Positions 29,426 to 40,298 are shown, counted from the stretch's first letter. The stretch: 64,000 bases of DNA from Candidatus Cloacimonadales bacterium (GCA_963665815.1 OY762463.1:3008001-3072000); one strand, 5' to 3'. Made by a program: numbers and translations. The notes: generated by a model from the letters alone, not told the origin.

Positions 29426-32400
29426 TATACTTCCTCCTCTCTGATTTCCTTGTTGCCAAAGACTTTGTGAATATCATCCATGATCAGAATACTGGAAGGT
29501 ACAAAAATCAATGTAATTGCTGTTGCGAAAACAATTCCGAATCCAAGACTTATTGCCATTGGTATCAGGAATCTTGCCTGCATGCTGGTTTCAACAATCA
29601 TCGGCATGAGTCCGAGGAATGTTGTAAGGGAAGTCAGGAGGATTGGTCTGAATCTCCTTTGAGCTGCCGAGATTACAGCATCCCACATTGTAAATCCGTT
29701 TTCACGGTATTGTATGTTCACGAAGTCAACAAGAACAAGAGAGTCATTAACAACAACTCCTGACAGAGCTACTATTCCCAATGCACTGATAAAGGAAAGC
29801 TGATACCCCATTATGATATGTCCGAGAACAGCGCCCACAATTCCAAACGGGATAGCAGTCATAACAATAAAAGGTTGAGAATATGATTTAAACGGGATTG
29901 CCAGTAACATGTAGATAATGAATACAGCTACGATAAACCCTTTCCCAAGGGAAGCCATAGAACGTTTTTGCTCTTTCTGAGCTCCACCTTTGGTAATTCT
30001 TACATCTCTGTATTTTTCATTCAGACCTTTTTTGATTCTTTTTACAAGATCTCTGTTTATTTCATTAGGGTTAGCTCTAATTTCATCTACGTCTGCAGTA
30101 ATAGATATTATTCTGGCTCTATCAAGACGGTTTATAGATGAATATCCTCTACCATAATTAACTTCTGCAATATCTGAGAATGGTACATTTTCACCGGAGG
30201 GAGTTCGGATCAGCATTGCTTCTATATCACCAAGTGAATTTCTTTCTTCTACAGGGTATCTTACAACAACAGATACTTCGTCTCGACCGCGTTGTATTTT
30301 CATTACTTCATCACCATAAAAAGCCTGTCTCACCTGCATCGCCAAACTGGAAACGGTCATTCCCAGAGTTCTGGCGCTGTCCTTCAGCTTGAATTTCAGC
30401 TCGTACTTACCTTCTTCAAGATCATCCTTAATGTCTTTTACTCCATCATACTCTGCTATAATAGATTTGACCCAGTTTACAGCACTGTTCAATTCATTGG
30501 AATCAGAAGAGGATAACTGCATTTCAATGTCATTTCCCGCAGACATGATAGAACTCTGATACTCAAGAGATTTTATTCCGGGTATGTCACCTGCTATTTC
30601 ACGCCAGCGATTCATAACCTCGGATGTTGCAAAATCTCTGAATTCAGGATCAACCAGCTCAATATTGATTTCTGCTACAGAAGGATTTATTGTGCTTCCT
30701 CCAGATCTGTGCGGTCCTCTTCTTACTCCCGGCTGCTGACCGATTATGGAGTAAACATGTTCGTATACTTTGCCGTTTTCACTGCGAGAAACAAAATCTT
30801 CCTTTGCATCATCCGCAGCAGATTCAAGTTGCTTTATCACTTCAAGAGTTCTTTCATAAGGTGTTCCTACAGGCATTTCTAATCGTGCAAACATATTGTC
30901 ACCTTCTACAGATGGCATGAAGTTAAATTTAATATAACCACCAGCAAACATACCTATACTGAAAAGAAGAATAAATATACTAGCTGCTACAGTTATGTAT
31001 CTGTTCCTTAAGCACTTTTCAAGAAAACTCGCAAATGGTCCTGTAATGAACCTGCCCAGATACGAGTCAACTGTCATGCTGATTTTTCCGAATAATCTAA
31101 CTACGGAATTAACTTTGGATTCAGGTTTCAAGTGAGAAAGGTGAGTAGGTAGAATAAACAGTGATTCATAAAGTGAAAATAACAGAACTGGTACAACTAC
31201 AACGGGAACGTTAGACATCATCTGTCCCATTCTTCCTTCCACAAAAGCCAGAGGAGCAAATGCTGCCACAGTGGTAAGCACAGCGTAAACAACTGGAGTT
31301 GCTACTTTGAAGGTACCTATTTTAGATGATTTCACCGATTCATAATTCTTTGTTCTGTATGTCATAATGTTCTCAGAGACGACTATTGCATCATCTACAA
31401 CAATACCAAGCACAGTAATGAAAGCAAAGAGAGAAACCATGTTGATAGAAACTCCCAGGAGATTCATTGTTGTGAATCCTCCCATAAACGATATAATGAT
31501 TCCCATACTAACCCAGAAAGCAAGTCGTACATCAAGAAAAAATGTTAATGATATTACAACCAGAATAAGTCCTAACACTGCATTTTTCGAGAGTAGTTTC
31601 ATTCTTTGCTTAAGAAGTTCGGAGTCATCCTGCCAGTAAGATATTTTTACACCTTTCGGCATGGATTTCTCGTTTTCCTTAATGTATTTCTTCACTGCGT
31701 CAGCAACATCCAGAGCACCTTCATCACCTGTTCTGTAAACAGTAATAAGTTTTGTCGGCATTGAATCAAACTGAGAATATAACTCCGAGTCCTCGAAGCC
31801 GTCTTTGACTACAGCAATATCTTTTACTCTTACATGATTCCCATTAGGTGATGTTTTAACTATAATATCTTCATAGTCCGATCTGGAAAGTCCGAGGGCT
31901 TTAGTTCTCAGGAGAATATCTCCATCTACTGTTTCGAGTTTACCTCCCGGGAGATCAAGACTGGAAGCTTTTACGGCAGAGGAAATCTGAGCGATTGTAA
32001 GCCCGTACGATTCAAGTTTATCTCTGGAAACCTCTATCGAGAGCTCATAGTTTTTAACTCCACTTAAACCAACCTGAGAAATCTGAGGCAATTCCTGCAA
32101 CTCGTCTTTTATTCGTTCAGTGAGTTTTGTATGAGTAAATTCGTCAATATTTCCGGAAATGGCTAGCTGAATGACCTGAGAAGATCTTGTATCAACTTTT
32201 ACAACCGGTTCTTCAGCATTCTCCGGTAATGTGGTTAACCTGTCTATTTCTGTTTGTACTCTATCCTTAATCAGATTTACATCTTCACCATATTCAATTT
32301 CAATACTTACGAGCCCCATGTTCTCGGAAGCAACGCTTGTCAGTTCGCGAACACCTTCTACTCCTGCAACAGCTTCTTCAACTCGTGATACTACAGAGCT

Positions 32401-32583
32401 TTCAATTTCATCAGGTGATGCACCTTTGTAAACTACTTCTATGCTGATTCGATCAAGATCAATGTCCGGGAACACTTCCTGCTTCAATGAAAAAGCAGAA
32501 AAGATACCGGTAAATACGATCAAAACCATAATCAGATTGGTTGTCACATGATTATCAACCATCCAGTCAATTATCTTTTTCAT
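29425..32583 (-). CDS. RND efflux permease (AcrB/AcrD/AcrF family)
   Basis: 1052 aa with GIVVDDAIVVSENI, GVVVNDSLVLVD and RFRPILLTSLTT. Confidence 0.96.
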   Translation of the reverse strand: MKKIIDWMVDNHVTTNLIMVLIVFTGIFSAFSLKQEVFPDIDLDRISIEVVYKGASPDEIESSVVSRVEEAVAGVEGVRELTSVASENMGLVSIEIEYGEDVNLIKDRVQTEIDRLTTLPENAEEPVVKVDTRSSQVIQLAISGNIDEFTHTKLTERIKDELQELPQISQVGLSGVKNYELSIEVSRDKLESYGLTIAQISSAVKASSLDLPGGKLETVDGDILLRTKALGLSRSDYEDIIVKTSPNGNHVRVKDIAVVKDGFEDSELYSQFDSMPTKLITVYRTGDEGALDVADAVKKYIKENEKSMPKGVKISYWQDDSELLKQRMKLLSKNAVLGLILVVISLTFFLDVRLAFWVSMGIIISFMGGFTTMNLLGVSINMVSLFAFITVLGIVVDDAIVVSENIMTYRTKNYESVKSSKIGTFKVATPVVYAVLTTVAAFAPLAFVEGRMGQMMSNVPVVVVPVLLFSLYESLFILPTHLSHLKPESKVNSVVRLFGKISMTVDSYLGRFITGPFASFLEKCLRNRYITVAASIFILLFSIGMFAGGYIKFNFMPSVEGDNMFARLEMPVGTPYERTLEVIKQLESAADDAKEDFVSRSENGKVYEHVYSIIGQQPGVRRGPHRSGGSTINPSVAEINIELVDPEFRDFATSEVMNRWREIAGDIPGIKSLEYQSSIMSAGNDIEMQLSSSDSNELNSAVNWVKSIIAEYDGVKDIKDDLEEGKYELKFKLKDSARTLGMTVSSLAMQVRQAFYGDEVMKIQRGRDEVSVVVRYPVEERNSLGDIEAMLIRTPSGENVPFSDIAEVNYGRGYSSINRLDRARIISITADVDEIRANPNEINRDLVKRIKKGLNEKYRDVRITKGGAQKEQKRSMASLGKGFIVAVFIIYMLLAIPFKSYSQPFIVMTAIPFGIVGAVLGHIIMGYQLSFISALGIVALSGVVVNDSLVLVDFVNIQYRENGFTMWDAVISAAQRRFRPILLTSLTTFLGLMPMIVETSMQARFLIPMAISLGFGIVFATAITLIFVPSSILIMDDIHKVFGNKEIREEEV

Positions 32584-32597
32584 AACTTAACTCCCGG

Positions 32598-33719
32598 CTA
32601 TTTCTGCTTAGTTCTGACCAGCATTCCCTGGGTTGCAATATCAAGTGAACTTATAACAACCTGATCAGTTTCTTTCAGCCCACTTTCAATTATTGCTGTC
32701 TCATCAGAAAACTTCAGTATTTTGACTTTCTTGAAATCAATTTTATCATCAACTACAGACAAAATGGTATTATCAGCTTTAACTAGGTGACGTGGTACTT
32801 CAATAATATTCTCAATTTCTCTACCAGAAATTTCTGCATTAACAAACAGGCCAAACGGTAAATCAATCCTGGAAGTATAAGGATTCTTAACTTCCAGAAC
32901 AAGATTTGTCATTCTGCTGCTGTTATCAACTGCTGCTTCTTTCCTGACTAATCTCGCCTCCCATGTTTTGTCCTCACCAAGATAGTTTGCTTTTAATACA
33001 GCTTTTCCCTTGAAGTTTCTGTTAAGCCACTGCAGCTCTGAATTTTTTACAGGAACATAGATGTTTGCTGATTCTGTTCCATAAGTAATTGCCAGAGCTG
33101 TTCCGGCTCCAACGAATTGTCCCGGATCGATACTCCTTTTTATAACAACTCCGTTAAATGGGGCTTTCACTCTGGTTCTTTCGAGATTAATTTCTGCCAG
33201 TTCCAGATTTGCTTCTGCTGTTCTGAAGTTTGCTTCTGCAATCTTTAACTGAGGAATTCGCAGAGTCATGGAATCAGGTTTAACATCAGGATTCTGCTTA
33301 CTGAACTCCTCCCATTCCATTCTGGCAATATCATGATTTCTCTGTTCTGTTTTAAGTAACATCTTCTGCTGTAAGAGTTGAGCTTTTGCTGATTTTAGTC
33401 TGAGTTCATAATCGGTAGGATCTATCTGGAAAAGAACTTCACCTTTACTGAATTTCATACCGGTTTTCATATTTTCCGATATACCGGTAATTTTACCTGA
33501 TACTTCAGAAACAAGTGTAACGGATACTTCAGGAACTACAGTCCCATTTCCATATATCTTTATTGTTTTTGTCTCTACAGGAAAATGCTTAATCTGAACA
33601 AGTGGGGCTTTTGCCTTAAACTCTTTTTTCTGGGGTTTTTTCTTTATTATCCTGAGTCCAGCAACCATCAGTATTCCTGCTAATATTATTATTGTGGGAA
33701 TCATTATCTTTTTGAACAT
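32598..33719 (-). CDS. RND efflux periplasmic adaptor (MFP)
   Basis: Likely start MFKKIMIP; EVSGKI, coiled coil and RTRVKAPFNGVV. Confidence 0.92.
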   Translation of the reverse strand: MFKKIMIPTIIILAGILMVAGLRIIKKKPQKKEFKAKAPLVQIKHFPVETKTIKIYGNGTVVPEVSVTLVSEVSGKITGISENMKTGMKFSKGEVLFQIDPTDYELRLKSAKAQLLQQKMLLKTEQRNHDIARMEWEEFSKQNPDVKPDSMTLRIPQLKIAEANFRTAEANLELAEINLERTRVKAPFNGVVIKRSIDPGQFVGAGTALAITYGTESANIYVPVKNSELQWLNRNFKGKAVLKANYLGEDKTWEARLVRKEAAVDNSSRMTNLVLEVKNPYTSRIDLPFGLFVNAEISGREIENIIEVPRHLVKADNTILSVVDDKIDFKKVKILKFSDETAIIESGLKETDQVVISSLDIATQGMLVRTKQK

Positions 33720-33720
33720 A

Positions 33721-34257
33721 TCACAGCTCCTTAAACTCATATTTCTCAAAAGTCAGTTTATTAAGTTGTTCTTCCAGTTTTACAATGGATTTTGTAATTA
33801 CTTCAGACTCGTCTTTGTCGATTACTTCAAGCAATCCCGCAACCTTATTAAGGTGATGAGGGAATACTTGTCTGAACATTTCAATACCCTTTTGGGTGAG
33901 TCTTATAAATATTTTTCTTCTGTCTTTCTCTTTGTCAGTATAGCGTTCTACAATCTCGGTTTTTTCAAGACCATCAATTAATCCTGTGACAGTACTCTTT
34001 GTGACACACAGCATATTTGCCAGAGTAGACAGATCAGAATCATTCTGTTTTCTGCGAAAGTATAAGAAAGCCAATATATGAAATTTACTTTTAGTCAGCC
34101 CATACCGTCCGAAATGTTTTTCCATCGTAGTAATGAGTTGTTGACTAAACATGAGTATCCGGAAAAGCACCTCAATATCACTTGTTGCTGCTTCAGGGAA
34201 CTCCGATTGTATCGATTTAACCGTTTCCATAGCCGGTAAAGCAATTTTCTTTAACAT
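33721..34257 (-). CDS. MarR-family transcriptional regulator
   Basis: GGAG before ATG 34257; LANMLCVTKSTVTGLIDGLEK and DRRKIFIRLTQKG. Confidence 0.92.
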   Translation of the reverse strand: MLKKIALPAMETVKSIQSEFPEAATSDIEVLFRILMFSQQLITTMEKHFGRYGLTKSKFHILAFLYFRRKQNDSDLSTLANMLCVTKSTVTGLIDGLEKTEIVERYTDKEKDRRKIFIRLTQKGIEMFRQVFPHHLNKVAGLLEVIDKDESEVITKSIVKLEEQLNKLTFEKYEFKEL

Positions 34258-34289
34258 ATCTATCTCCAATAATTTTAATTCGTATCCAA

Positions 34290-34316
34290 ATAGTTAGTAG
34301 CCGTACTATAAGTCAA
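34290..34316 (-). promoter_or_regulatory. Promoter (-35 TTGACT) with overlapping palindromic MarR-type operator
   Basis: ATAGT-N10-ACTAT (34290-34309) lies immediately downstream of TTGACT (34311-34316, minus strand). Confidence 0.55.
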
Positions 34317-34531
34317 CTAATTTTTTATCAGCTTACTAAGAATCTAATCAAGAAGGGTTATCTGCAAAATATTTTTAGATAAAAAATCGGGAAGTTTTGC
34401 TTATTTTATCAACTTGTTCAATGTGAGTTTAAAAAACGATGGCAGTCTTTAATACATAGTCTGTCGGTGTTTTTGCTTTCTATTCAGCTTGTTAGTTAAA
34501 AGTGGGAAAAAAAGATTCTATCAGCTTAGTT

Positions 34532-35131
34532 TTAAATGGAGGTCTGCTTCAATATGAGTTTTGCAGCAGAGAGAATGTTGTTAACAACAAAGTGTGGTTT
34601 AAGTGGATCAGAGTGATCCATATTTATAAAAGTTTTATTTCCTTCACCGGTTCTAACCAGAATGGATGTTAAACCGGCTTTTCGTCCCCAATGAATATCT
34701 GAAAGTTTATCACCTATCATAAATGAGCTTTTCTTATCAATCCTGTATTTCTCAGAAGCAATGTTGAATAAACCCAGTTCCGGTTTCCGACAATTACATT
34801 TAATAGTGTATTCTGCAATAGTCCCTTTTTCGTGGTGAGGACAATAAAGAACAGCTTCTATTTCTATACCATGCTGTTTCAGCATATCAATCATGTATTG
34901 ATTCACGTTCTCGACATCTTCTTCTGTAAAATATCCTCGGGCAACACCGGATTGATTAGTAACAACAACAATTCTGAAACCTGCATCACTCAGCTTTTTC
35001 AATCCGGCTATTGTGGGTTCGAATAATTCGAAACGTTCAATAGATCCGACATAGCCATGATCTATATTGATAGTACCGTCTCTGTCAATAAAGACAAAAG
35101 AATTAGATTTAGTATATGTTTTTGCTGTCAT
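34532..35131 (-). CDS. gmhB: D-glycero-D-manno-heptose 1,7-bisphosphate phosphatase (HAD IIIA)
   Basis: FIDRDGTIN, VTNQSGVARG, YCPHH, CNCRKP and MIGDKLSD. Likely start is ATG 35131. Confidence 0.9.
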   Translation of the reverse strand: MTAKTYTKSNSFVFIDRDGTINIDHGYVGSIERFELFEPTIAGLKKLSDAGFRIVVVTNQSGVARGYFTEEDVENVNQYMIDMLKQHGIEIEAVLYCPHHEKGTIAEYTIKCNCRKPELGLFNIASEKYRIDKKSSFMIGDKLSDIHWGRKAGLTSILVRTGEGNKTFINMDHSDPLKPHFVVNNILSAAKLILKQTSI

Positions 35132-37505
35132 GAGTTTTAGCATTAAGAGCGCGAGGAAGTTTAATGTTTTCCAGAAGAATCCTGTAATCCCATGTATCAC
35201 CTGATCTATTGTATTCGAAGGTAAGATCCCAGCAATGCAGTGAACGCTTAACAAATAATCTCTGGCTTTCCAGTAATTTTTCATTTAAATCGATAGAGTT
35301 TGAATAATTGATATCCCAATTCTTTGTAAGTTTAAATTTCAGAGTATTTGTCAAATTTGCACCTTTGTAATGAGATCTGATATTTTCGGAATAGGAAAGA
35401 CTGGCAGTAAACTCCCATTTTCCTGAGTCACGGTTTTCCATTATTTCATCAATGGATCTGATTTCTGTGGAATCTCTGTTTGTTTTTTTGTTCGGATTGA
35501 AAAAGTCGTTTGACTGGAATGTATTTTTCTTACGTGGGAAATATGCTTTATATTTACCTTTTCCGGATATCATCAGTGTAGAATTGGCTGTCCAGGTGTA
35601 TACTTCAAAATCGTAAGCGTCCTGTGTACACCTTCCATTGCCGCTGATTGATACGTCATAACTTTTAATTGAAGTTCTGGCGGATGCAATATTTACGCTA
35701 TGTATGAAATCAGTGAAAGGCTTATCTTCTGCTTCAAGGTTGTAGCTTGTACTGGAGTTAATTTTTAGTAGATCATTTATAGAATTTTCTTTTTCTCTTG
35801 CTTTATCCCAATATTTAATCTGCCAGAGGTTTGAAAGCCTGAAACTGATTGAACGTGATTTTACTCCTGAATTAACCGGTATTCCACTCAGTGAGTAATA
35901 CTTGTCTCTGTTCTTTGTCCAGTCAGGTTTATATGAGAATGAAAAGCTTGGAGTAAGTATGTGTCTTACTGCGGATAATCTGCTTTTTCTGAATGTTCTG
36001 ACTCCATACAGAGAAAAACTGGTAGATGTACTTGTAGACCAGTCATGACCTCTTACATATTTGTTGTCATTCTTATCTTTATCATACCAGGATTCATTAT
36101 AGGAAAATGACTGTGAGTATTTCAGCCAGCCAAACAGATCATTGGAATAACTGATTCCTGCCCTGTGGTTCATTCCATAAAGATGCTGAGAAATCAGAGT
36201 ATCTTTTGTACTTGATCTATAAAGAAGTTCATCAATATCGTAGTCAGATCCATATATATCACCTTCATGGCGGAATCTGGTAGAATAACTGTATCTGAAT
36301 CCTTTCCAGAAATAATCTTTGTCTTTCATGTTATCAATTTGATCCGCAGACATGAATAATTCATAGAATGGACGAGATCTGAGAGAATAGGACACATTTG
36401 GCAGTACAATATCTTTTTTCTCTTCATCAAGTCTGTCATTGTATATCATTGTTGTGTAAAGACTGTTTCCGAAAAGTTTTGTATTATATGATACTGTAGA
36501 TCTTACAGTTTCTTTAAGACGTTCATTCTCATCCGTACTGTTTTCCCAGATTGTTTTGCTGCTGGTAAAGTTCATGTTTATGCTCAGTTTAGATTCCAGC
36601 CCTATTGTCTGTTGATGATTCCAGTTGGCTGACCAGTCTTCAGATGATGTAGAATATCTTTTATTTCTTTTATAATAGGTAGTCTTGAAGTCTCCATCAT
36701 ATTTGTAACGCTTTGTATAAATACCTTCGGTAATAAAGTCCCAGCCTAACTTCTCATAATAGTTTGTAGAAAAATAAATATCTGCATTTTCGGATAATAC
36801 TGCGAAATAGGCAAGATCCTCTATGAATTTACCTTTGTAATTATTATATCCGGGAGAAGGCATAATAAAACCGGATTTTCTTCCTCTTTTCAGACTGAAG
36901 GTTCCAAAAGGAACTGCAAGTATCGGGAAATGATTAACATAGAAAACAATAGGCTTCATGACAATTCTGTCATTTCTGTACATTCTGGTGTATTTGGAGT
37001 AGATATAGAAGTGGGGTTCTTCATCGTCGCAGGTAGTAAAATATCCGTTATCAATATCATATACTTCTTTTCCTACTTTACGGGTCTCTTCTCCGTAAAG
37101 GAATCCCTTATCAAACTTTGTTGCTCCGCCTTTTACTATTCCGCTCTGGTCTTCAATATCAAACTTAATGTCATCACCAATCATTAACTGAGTTCCGTCT
37201 TTCAGTTTTGCATTTCCACGAGTGATAGATTTCTCAGATTTCAGATTGATATTTATGGAATCAGCATTAAGTGTAGAAGTTCTGTAAACAAGTTGGGCAT
37301 TACCAGATAATGTCATATCCTCATTTTTAAAGTTGTAGAATATACTGTCTGCATTAAAATTAACCGAATCAATCTTAATGTTCTCATAAATATTCAGCGT
37401 ATCTGCCTGAGTTGTATCAGGAACAGTGCTGACAGTCTGCGAATACAGAGATGCCATGCTGAATAATATGTATGTCAGGATTATTATAAACAACTTTTTT
37501 TGCAT
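35109..37505 (-). CDS. lptD: LPS-assembly protein LptD-like outer-membrane protein
   Basis: Signal peptide, OstA-like N-terminus, FTTCD..PHF, RKSGFIMP and C-terminal LHCWD. Confidence 0.85.
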   Translation of the reverse strand: MQKKLFIIILTYILFSMASLYSQTVSTVPDTTQADTLNIYENIKIDSVNFNADSIFYNFKNEDMTLSGNAQLVYRTSTLNADSININLKSEKSITRGNAKLKDGTQLMIGDDIKFDIEDQSGIVKGGATKFDKGFLYGEETRKVGKEVYDIDNGYFTTCDDEEPHFYIYSKYTRMYRNDRIVMKPIVFYVNHFPILAVPFGTFSLKRGRKSGFIMPSPGYNNYKGKFIEDLAYFAVLSENADIYFSTNYYEKLGWDFITEGIYTKRYKYDGDFKTTYYKRNKRYSTSSEDWSANWNHQQTIGLESKLSINMNFTSSKTIWENSTDENERLKETVRSTVSYNTKLFGNSLYTTMIYNDRLDEEKKDIVLPNVSYSLRSRPFYELFMSADQIDNMKDKDYFWKGFRYSYSTRFRHEGDIYGSDYDIDELLYRSSTKDTLISQHLYGMNHRAGISYSNDLFGWLKYSQSFSYNESWYDKDKNDNKYVRGHDWSTSTSTSFSLYGVRTFRKSRLSAVRHILTPSFSFSYKPDWTKNRDKYYSLSGIPVNSGVKSRSISFRLSNLWQIKYWDKAREKENSINDLLKINSSTSYNLEAEDKPFTDFIHSVNIASARTSIKSYDVSISGNGRCTQDAYDFEVYTWTANSTLMISGKGKYKAYFPRKKNTFQSNDFFNPNKKTNRDSTEIRSIDEIMENRDSGKWEFTASLSYSENIRSHYKGANLTNTLKFKLTKNWDINYSNSIDLNEKLLESQRLFVKRSLHCWDLTFEYNRSGDTWDYRILLENIKLPRALNAKTHDSKNIY

Positions 37506-37571
37506 AACGCTAACAGTCTGACTTGCTTGTTTTGTGTCAAGTACGTTTAAAATGCTTTGCGAAGATTTCGC

Positions 37572-39194
37572 TTAATGTGCTTTGCTTCCAAAGATTTTCA
37601 GATTATCAAGTTCCCAGGTTGAGGCTTTTTTGGGTTCAGAAGACTGATATCTGAATCCCAGATAAAACTTTTCGTTATTAACAGCTTCAATATTGAGATA
37701 TCCGGATTTAATCCAGATGTAATAATCTTCCGAATATGCAGCAGGAAGTTTTGTCCAACTGCATTCTGCCGGATTTTCCTTTGCTCTGTCATCGGTTGTA
37801 TAATACAGTTCAAGTCCGGGAATAATATCTTTGTGTCGTTTTGCAGTTTCAAAAACCAGAACCGGATTGCTTATTTCTCTGATGTCTATTTCTGGTGATA
37901 TAAGCCAGGAGTCAGATTTATCATCAGATTTGTATCCGCTGATTTTCATGAACCTTCTTTCTCCATATTGAGAATTTCGCCAGCTTTGATTTCCCGACAC
38001 AGTTTTAATAGTCCATTCACTGTTTCTTCTGTCAAAGTCTTCTTGATAAACCAGTTCTGTGCCTTTCGGGAAAACAAAGCCATGGTAAGTAATGGTCTCC
38101 TTATTTTCCCCAATTTTTATCTCAAGTTTCCCTGAAATTTCACCGGTCTGTTTTGGAGAGAAGCGAAGTTCAAGCTTATTTCTGCCTAATGTATACAGAT
38201 TGTTTCTTGCTGTGTTTTCCAGCTTATTGTAGTCTTTATTTGTTATTTCTATTGTGCTATCGAATGTTATCTCAGGCTCTTCTGTGAAATTTGCTACAGC
38301 ATAATGAATAGTGATTTCTCTGGATTCACCGAGTACAATTTCGTTAAAGTCTATTTTTCTTGTAGCAACAGATATTTCACTTCTTCGTTGAGGTTTGCCC
38401 CAGAGAATATCGGCGTATTCAGGGTGATCGATAAACGGATTTCTGTTTCCCTGATACAGTTTTTCTATCTTGTCATTTCGCTCACGTTCTTTGTCAGAGG
38501 GTGGATCAAGCAGATTCCACAGCAGAAGAGTGTTCAGTTTACCAAGTACCGGACCATGCGTGTCTGATTTATCTACCAATTCAAGATCGTAATTTGGACC
38601 TTCATATCTGATAGCCATATAAAAGAGCATTCTGGCAATATCACCTTTAACTTCATCGCGTGGTTCCCAGGAATCAAAGTCATAGAAACAGCCTTCAGCT
38701 TCTTCTACAGGAGTACAGCTCCAGTCAAAATCTCTTGTTCCTCTGAGTGTGTTAACAGTTCGGTCTGCAGGGAAGAGGTGATGGACATCTGTAAAAGCTG
38801 TATCTTCTCTTTCAGGGAATCCATGGGATTTTGGCCATACATGTTCTCTGTTCCAGGAGTCGTCTATTGTAATACCATATTCTTCCTGATAATTGACCTT
38901 GTTTCCACTATCTTGAAATCTTTTATTCTGTGAGCGTCCTGTATATAACAGAATCAGGTTTTCATTGTTATCAGGGTCAGTATCTAGATCTTTAAGTATT
39001 GAGGAAACAGAGTTGGACTCTCCAAAATACTGATACGTCTTATGATTTATCATTTTTTTGTGCAGGGTTTTTCTGAGATTTTCTTTAATTGAATCATCGT
39101 TCTGATTCTGATTTTCATTTTCATTATTGCTTGCAGAAGCAGCTATACAGCCGAGAAGCAGGGCAGAAATTGTAATAATAATAAATATTTTCAT
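37572..39194 (-). CDS. Endonuclease I-family surface nuclease lipoprotein with C-terminal DUF5017-like beta-sandwich
   Basis: Lipobox LLGC, WNREHVWPKSHG, DVHHLFPAD, KGDIARMLFYMAIRY, QGNRNPFIDHPE, WLISPEID and WELDN. Confidence 0.88.
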   Translation of the reverse strand: MKIFIIITISALLLGCIAASASNNENENQNQNDDSIKENLRKTLHKKMINHKTYQYFGESNSVSSILKDLDTDPDNNENLILLYTGRSQNKRFQDSGNKVNYQEEYGITIDDSWNREHVWPKSHGFPEREDTAFTDVHHLFPADRTVNTLRGTRDFDWSCTPVEEAEGCFYDFDSWEPRDEVKGDIARMLFYMAIRYEGPNYDLELVDKSDTHGPVLGKLNTLLLWNLLDPPSDKERERNDKIEKLYQGNRNPFIDHPEYADILWGKPQRRSEISVATRKIDFNEIVLGESREITIHYAVANFTEEPEITFDSTIEITNKDYNKLENTARNNLYTLGRNKLELRFSPKQTGEISGKLEIKIGENKETITYHGFVFPKGTELVYQEDFDRRNSEWTIKTVSGNQSWRNSQYGERRFMKISGYKSDDKSDSWLISPEIDIREISNPVLVFETAKRHKDIIPGLELYYTTDDRAKENPAECSWTKLPAAYSEDYYIWIKSGYLNIEAVNNEKFYLGFRYQSSEPKKASTWELDNLKIFGSKAH

Positions 39195-39195
39195 T

Positions 39196-40080
39196 TTACA
39201 TCAATTTTGATCTCTTCCGCAGATAAAGCATAAAGTTTTCTTCATAGGAAGTATCGGTGTTAATAGGGTTATATTCAATTCCAAGATCATAGCAGGCGTT
39301 TTTAATTTTTGTGCTGTGATCCTGTAATGCCTGTTTATATTCTTTTCTGAACTGCCAGGGATTCATGATTATCTTTTCACCTGTTTCCATGTCCTGAAAC
39401 TCTGTTTCTTTTTTAAATGGAAAATTCAGTTCATCATAATCCTGGATGTGAAACAGTATTACTTCATGTTTCATGTGATGGAAATACTTGAGACTTCTCA
39501 CTATTTCATCCGAATCGTCCAGAAAATCTGAGATAATCACTATCAGACTTCTTTTTTTGATCTGTCCTGCTACATTTCCAAGAGCAGATGCTGTTGAAGT
39601 TGTTTCTGCGGCTTCCAGATTATACAGATGTTGATGGATGAAAGTGAGATAGTTTTTTCTTGATTTTGGTCTGATTGTGTTTGTAATCTGGTCGTTGTAT
39701 GTAATCAATCCTACGGCATCCTGCTGTTTCAGCATGAGATATGTTAAAGCAGCAGCAAAAGTTCTGGCATAATCCAGTTTAGATATTTTGCCGGAACTGT
39801 AATCCATGGATTTACTGTGATCAAGAAGTATGTATGTTCTCAGGTTTGTTTCTTCTTCAAAACGTCTGATATAGTACTTCTCAGTTTTTGCGAATACTTT
39901 CCAGTCAATGTTTCTTATCGAATCTCCATGGTTGTACTGTCTATGTTCCGAAAATTCAACACTGAAACCATGATATGGAGATTTATGAAGTCCGATTATA
40001 AATCCTTCGACAATCAATCGGGCTTTCAACTGGAATTTATCCAGCTTACTGTAGAAATCATCACTTGCATTTCTAAACAT
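39196..40080 (-). CDS. DUF58 (vWA-like) protein
   Basis: GLHKSPYHGFSVEFSEHRQY, IDWK, DHSKSM and IISDF. Confidence 0.92.
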   Translation of the reverse strand: MFRNASDDFYSKLDKFQLKARLIVEGFIIGLHKSPYHGFSVEFSEHRQYNHGDSIRNIDWKVFAKTEKYYIRRFEEETNLRTYILLDHSKSMDYSSGKISKLDYARTFAAALTYLMLKQQDAVGLITYNDQITNTIRPKSRKNYLTFIHQHLYNLEAAETTSTASALGNVAGQIKKRSLIVIISDFLDDSDEIVRSLKYFHHMKHEVILFHIQDYDELNFPFKKETEFQDMETGEKIIMNPWQFRKEYKQALQDHSTKIKNACYDLGIEYNPINTDTSYEENFMLYLRKRSKLM

Positions 40081-40092
40081 TTTTTAACTGAA

Positions 40093-40290
40093 TCAGTCCT
40101 GTTCTTTTTTATCCTGTTTCTTGTAACCAAGCATAATGGAGAGAGGAAAAATCACAAGATAAGTGATTACCAGAATTATCACAGATACAGTTTTATCTCC
40201 GGTTCTCATAATAGCATATCCTGCAATTGTCAATACTATTCCTGCTATAAGCAGAATCATGTTCCATAAACCAAATACGTAATTCTTCAT
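40093..40290 (-). CDS. Small membrane protein, DUF3098-like
   Basis: Two TM helices; operon position with RBS. Confidence 0.6.
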   Translation of the reverse strand: MKNYVFGLWNMILLIAGIVLTIAGYAIMRTGDKTVSVIILVITYLVIFPLSIMLGYKKQDKKEQD

Positions 40291-40298
40291 TATTTACC

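Noticed and set aside
35132-35284. N-terminal extension of gmhB in the ORF track
   Set aside because: It overlaps lptD deeply in another frame, and the HAD motif starts just after ATG 35131.
39196-40080. DUF58 gene without a neighbouring MoxR ATPase as a novel system
   Set aside because: Stand-alone DUF58 paralogs are common, and MoxR may be encoded elsewhere in the genome.
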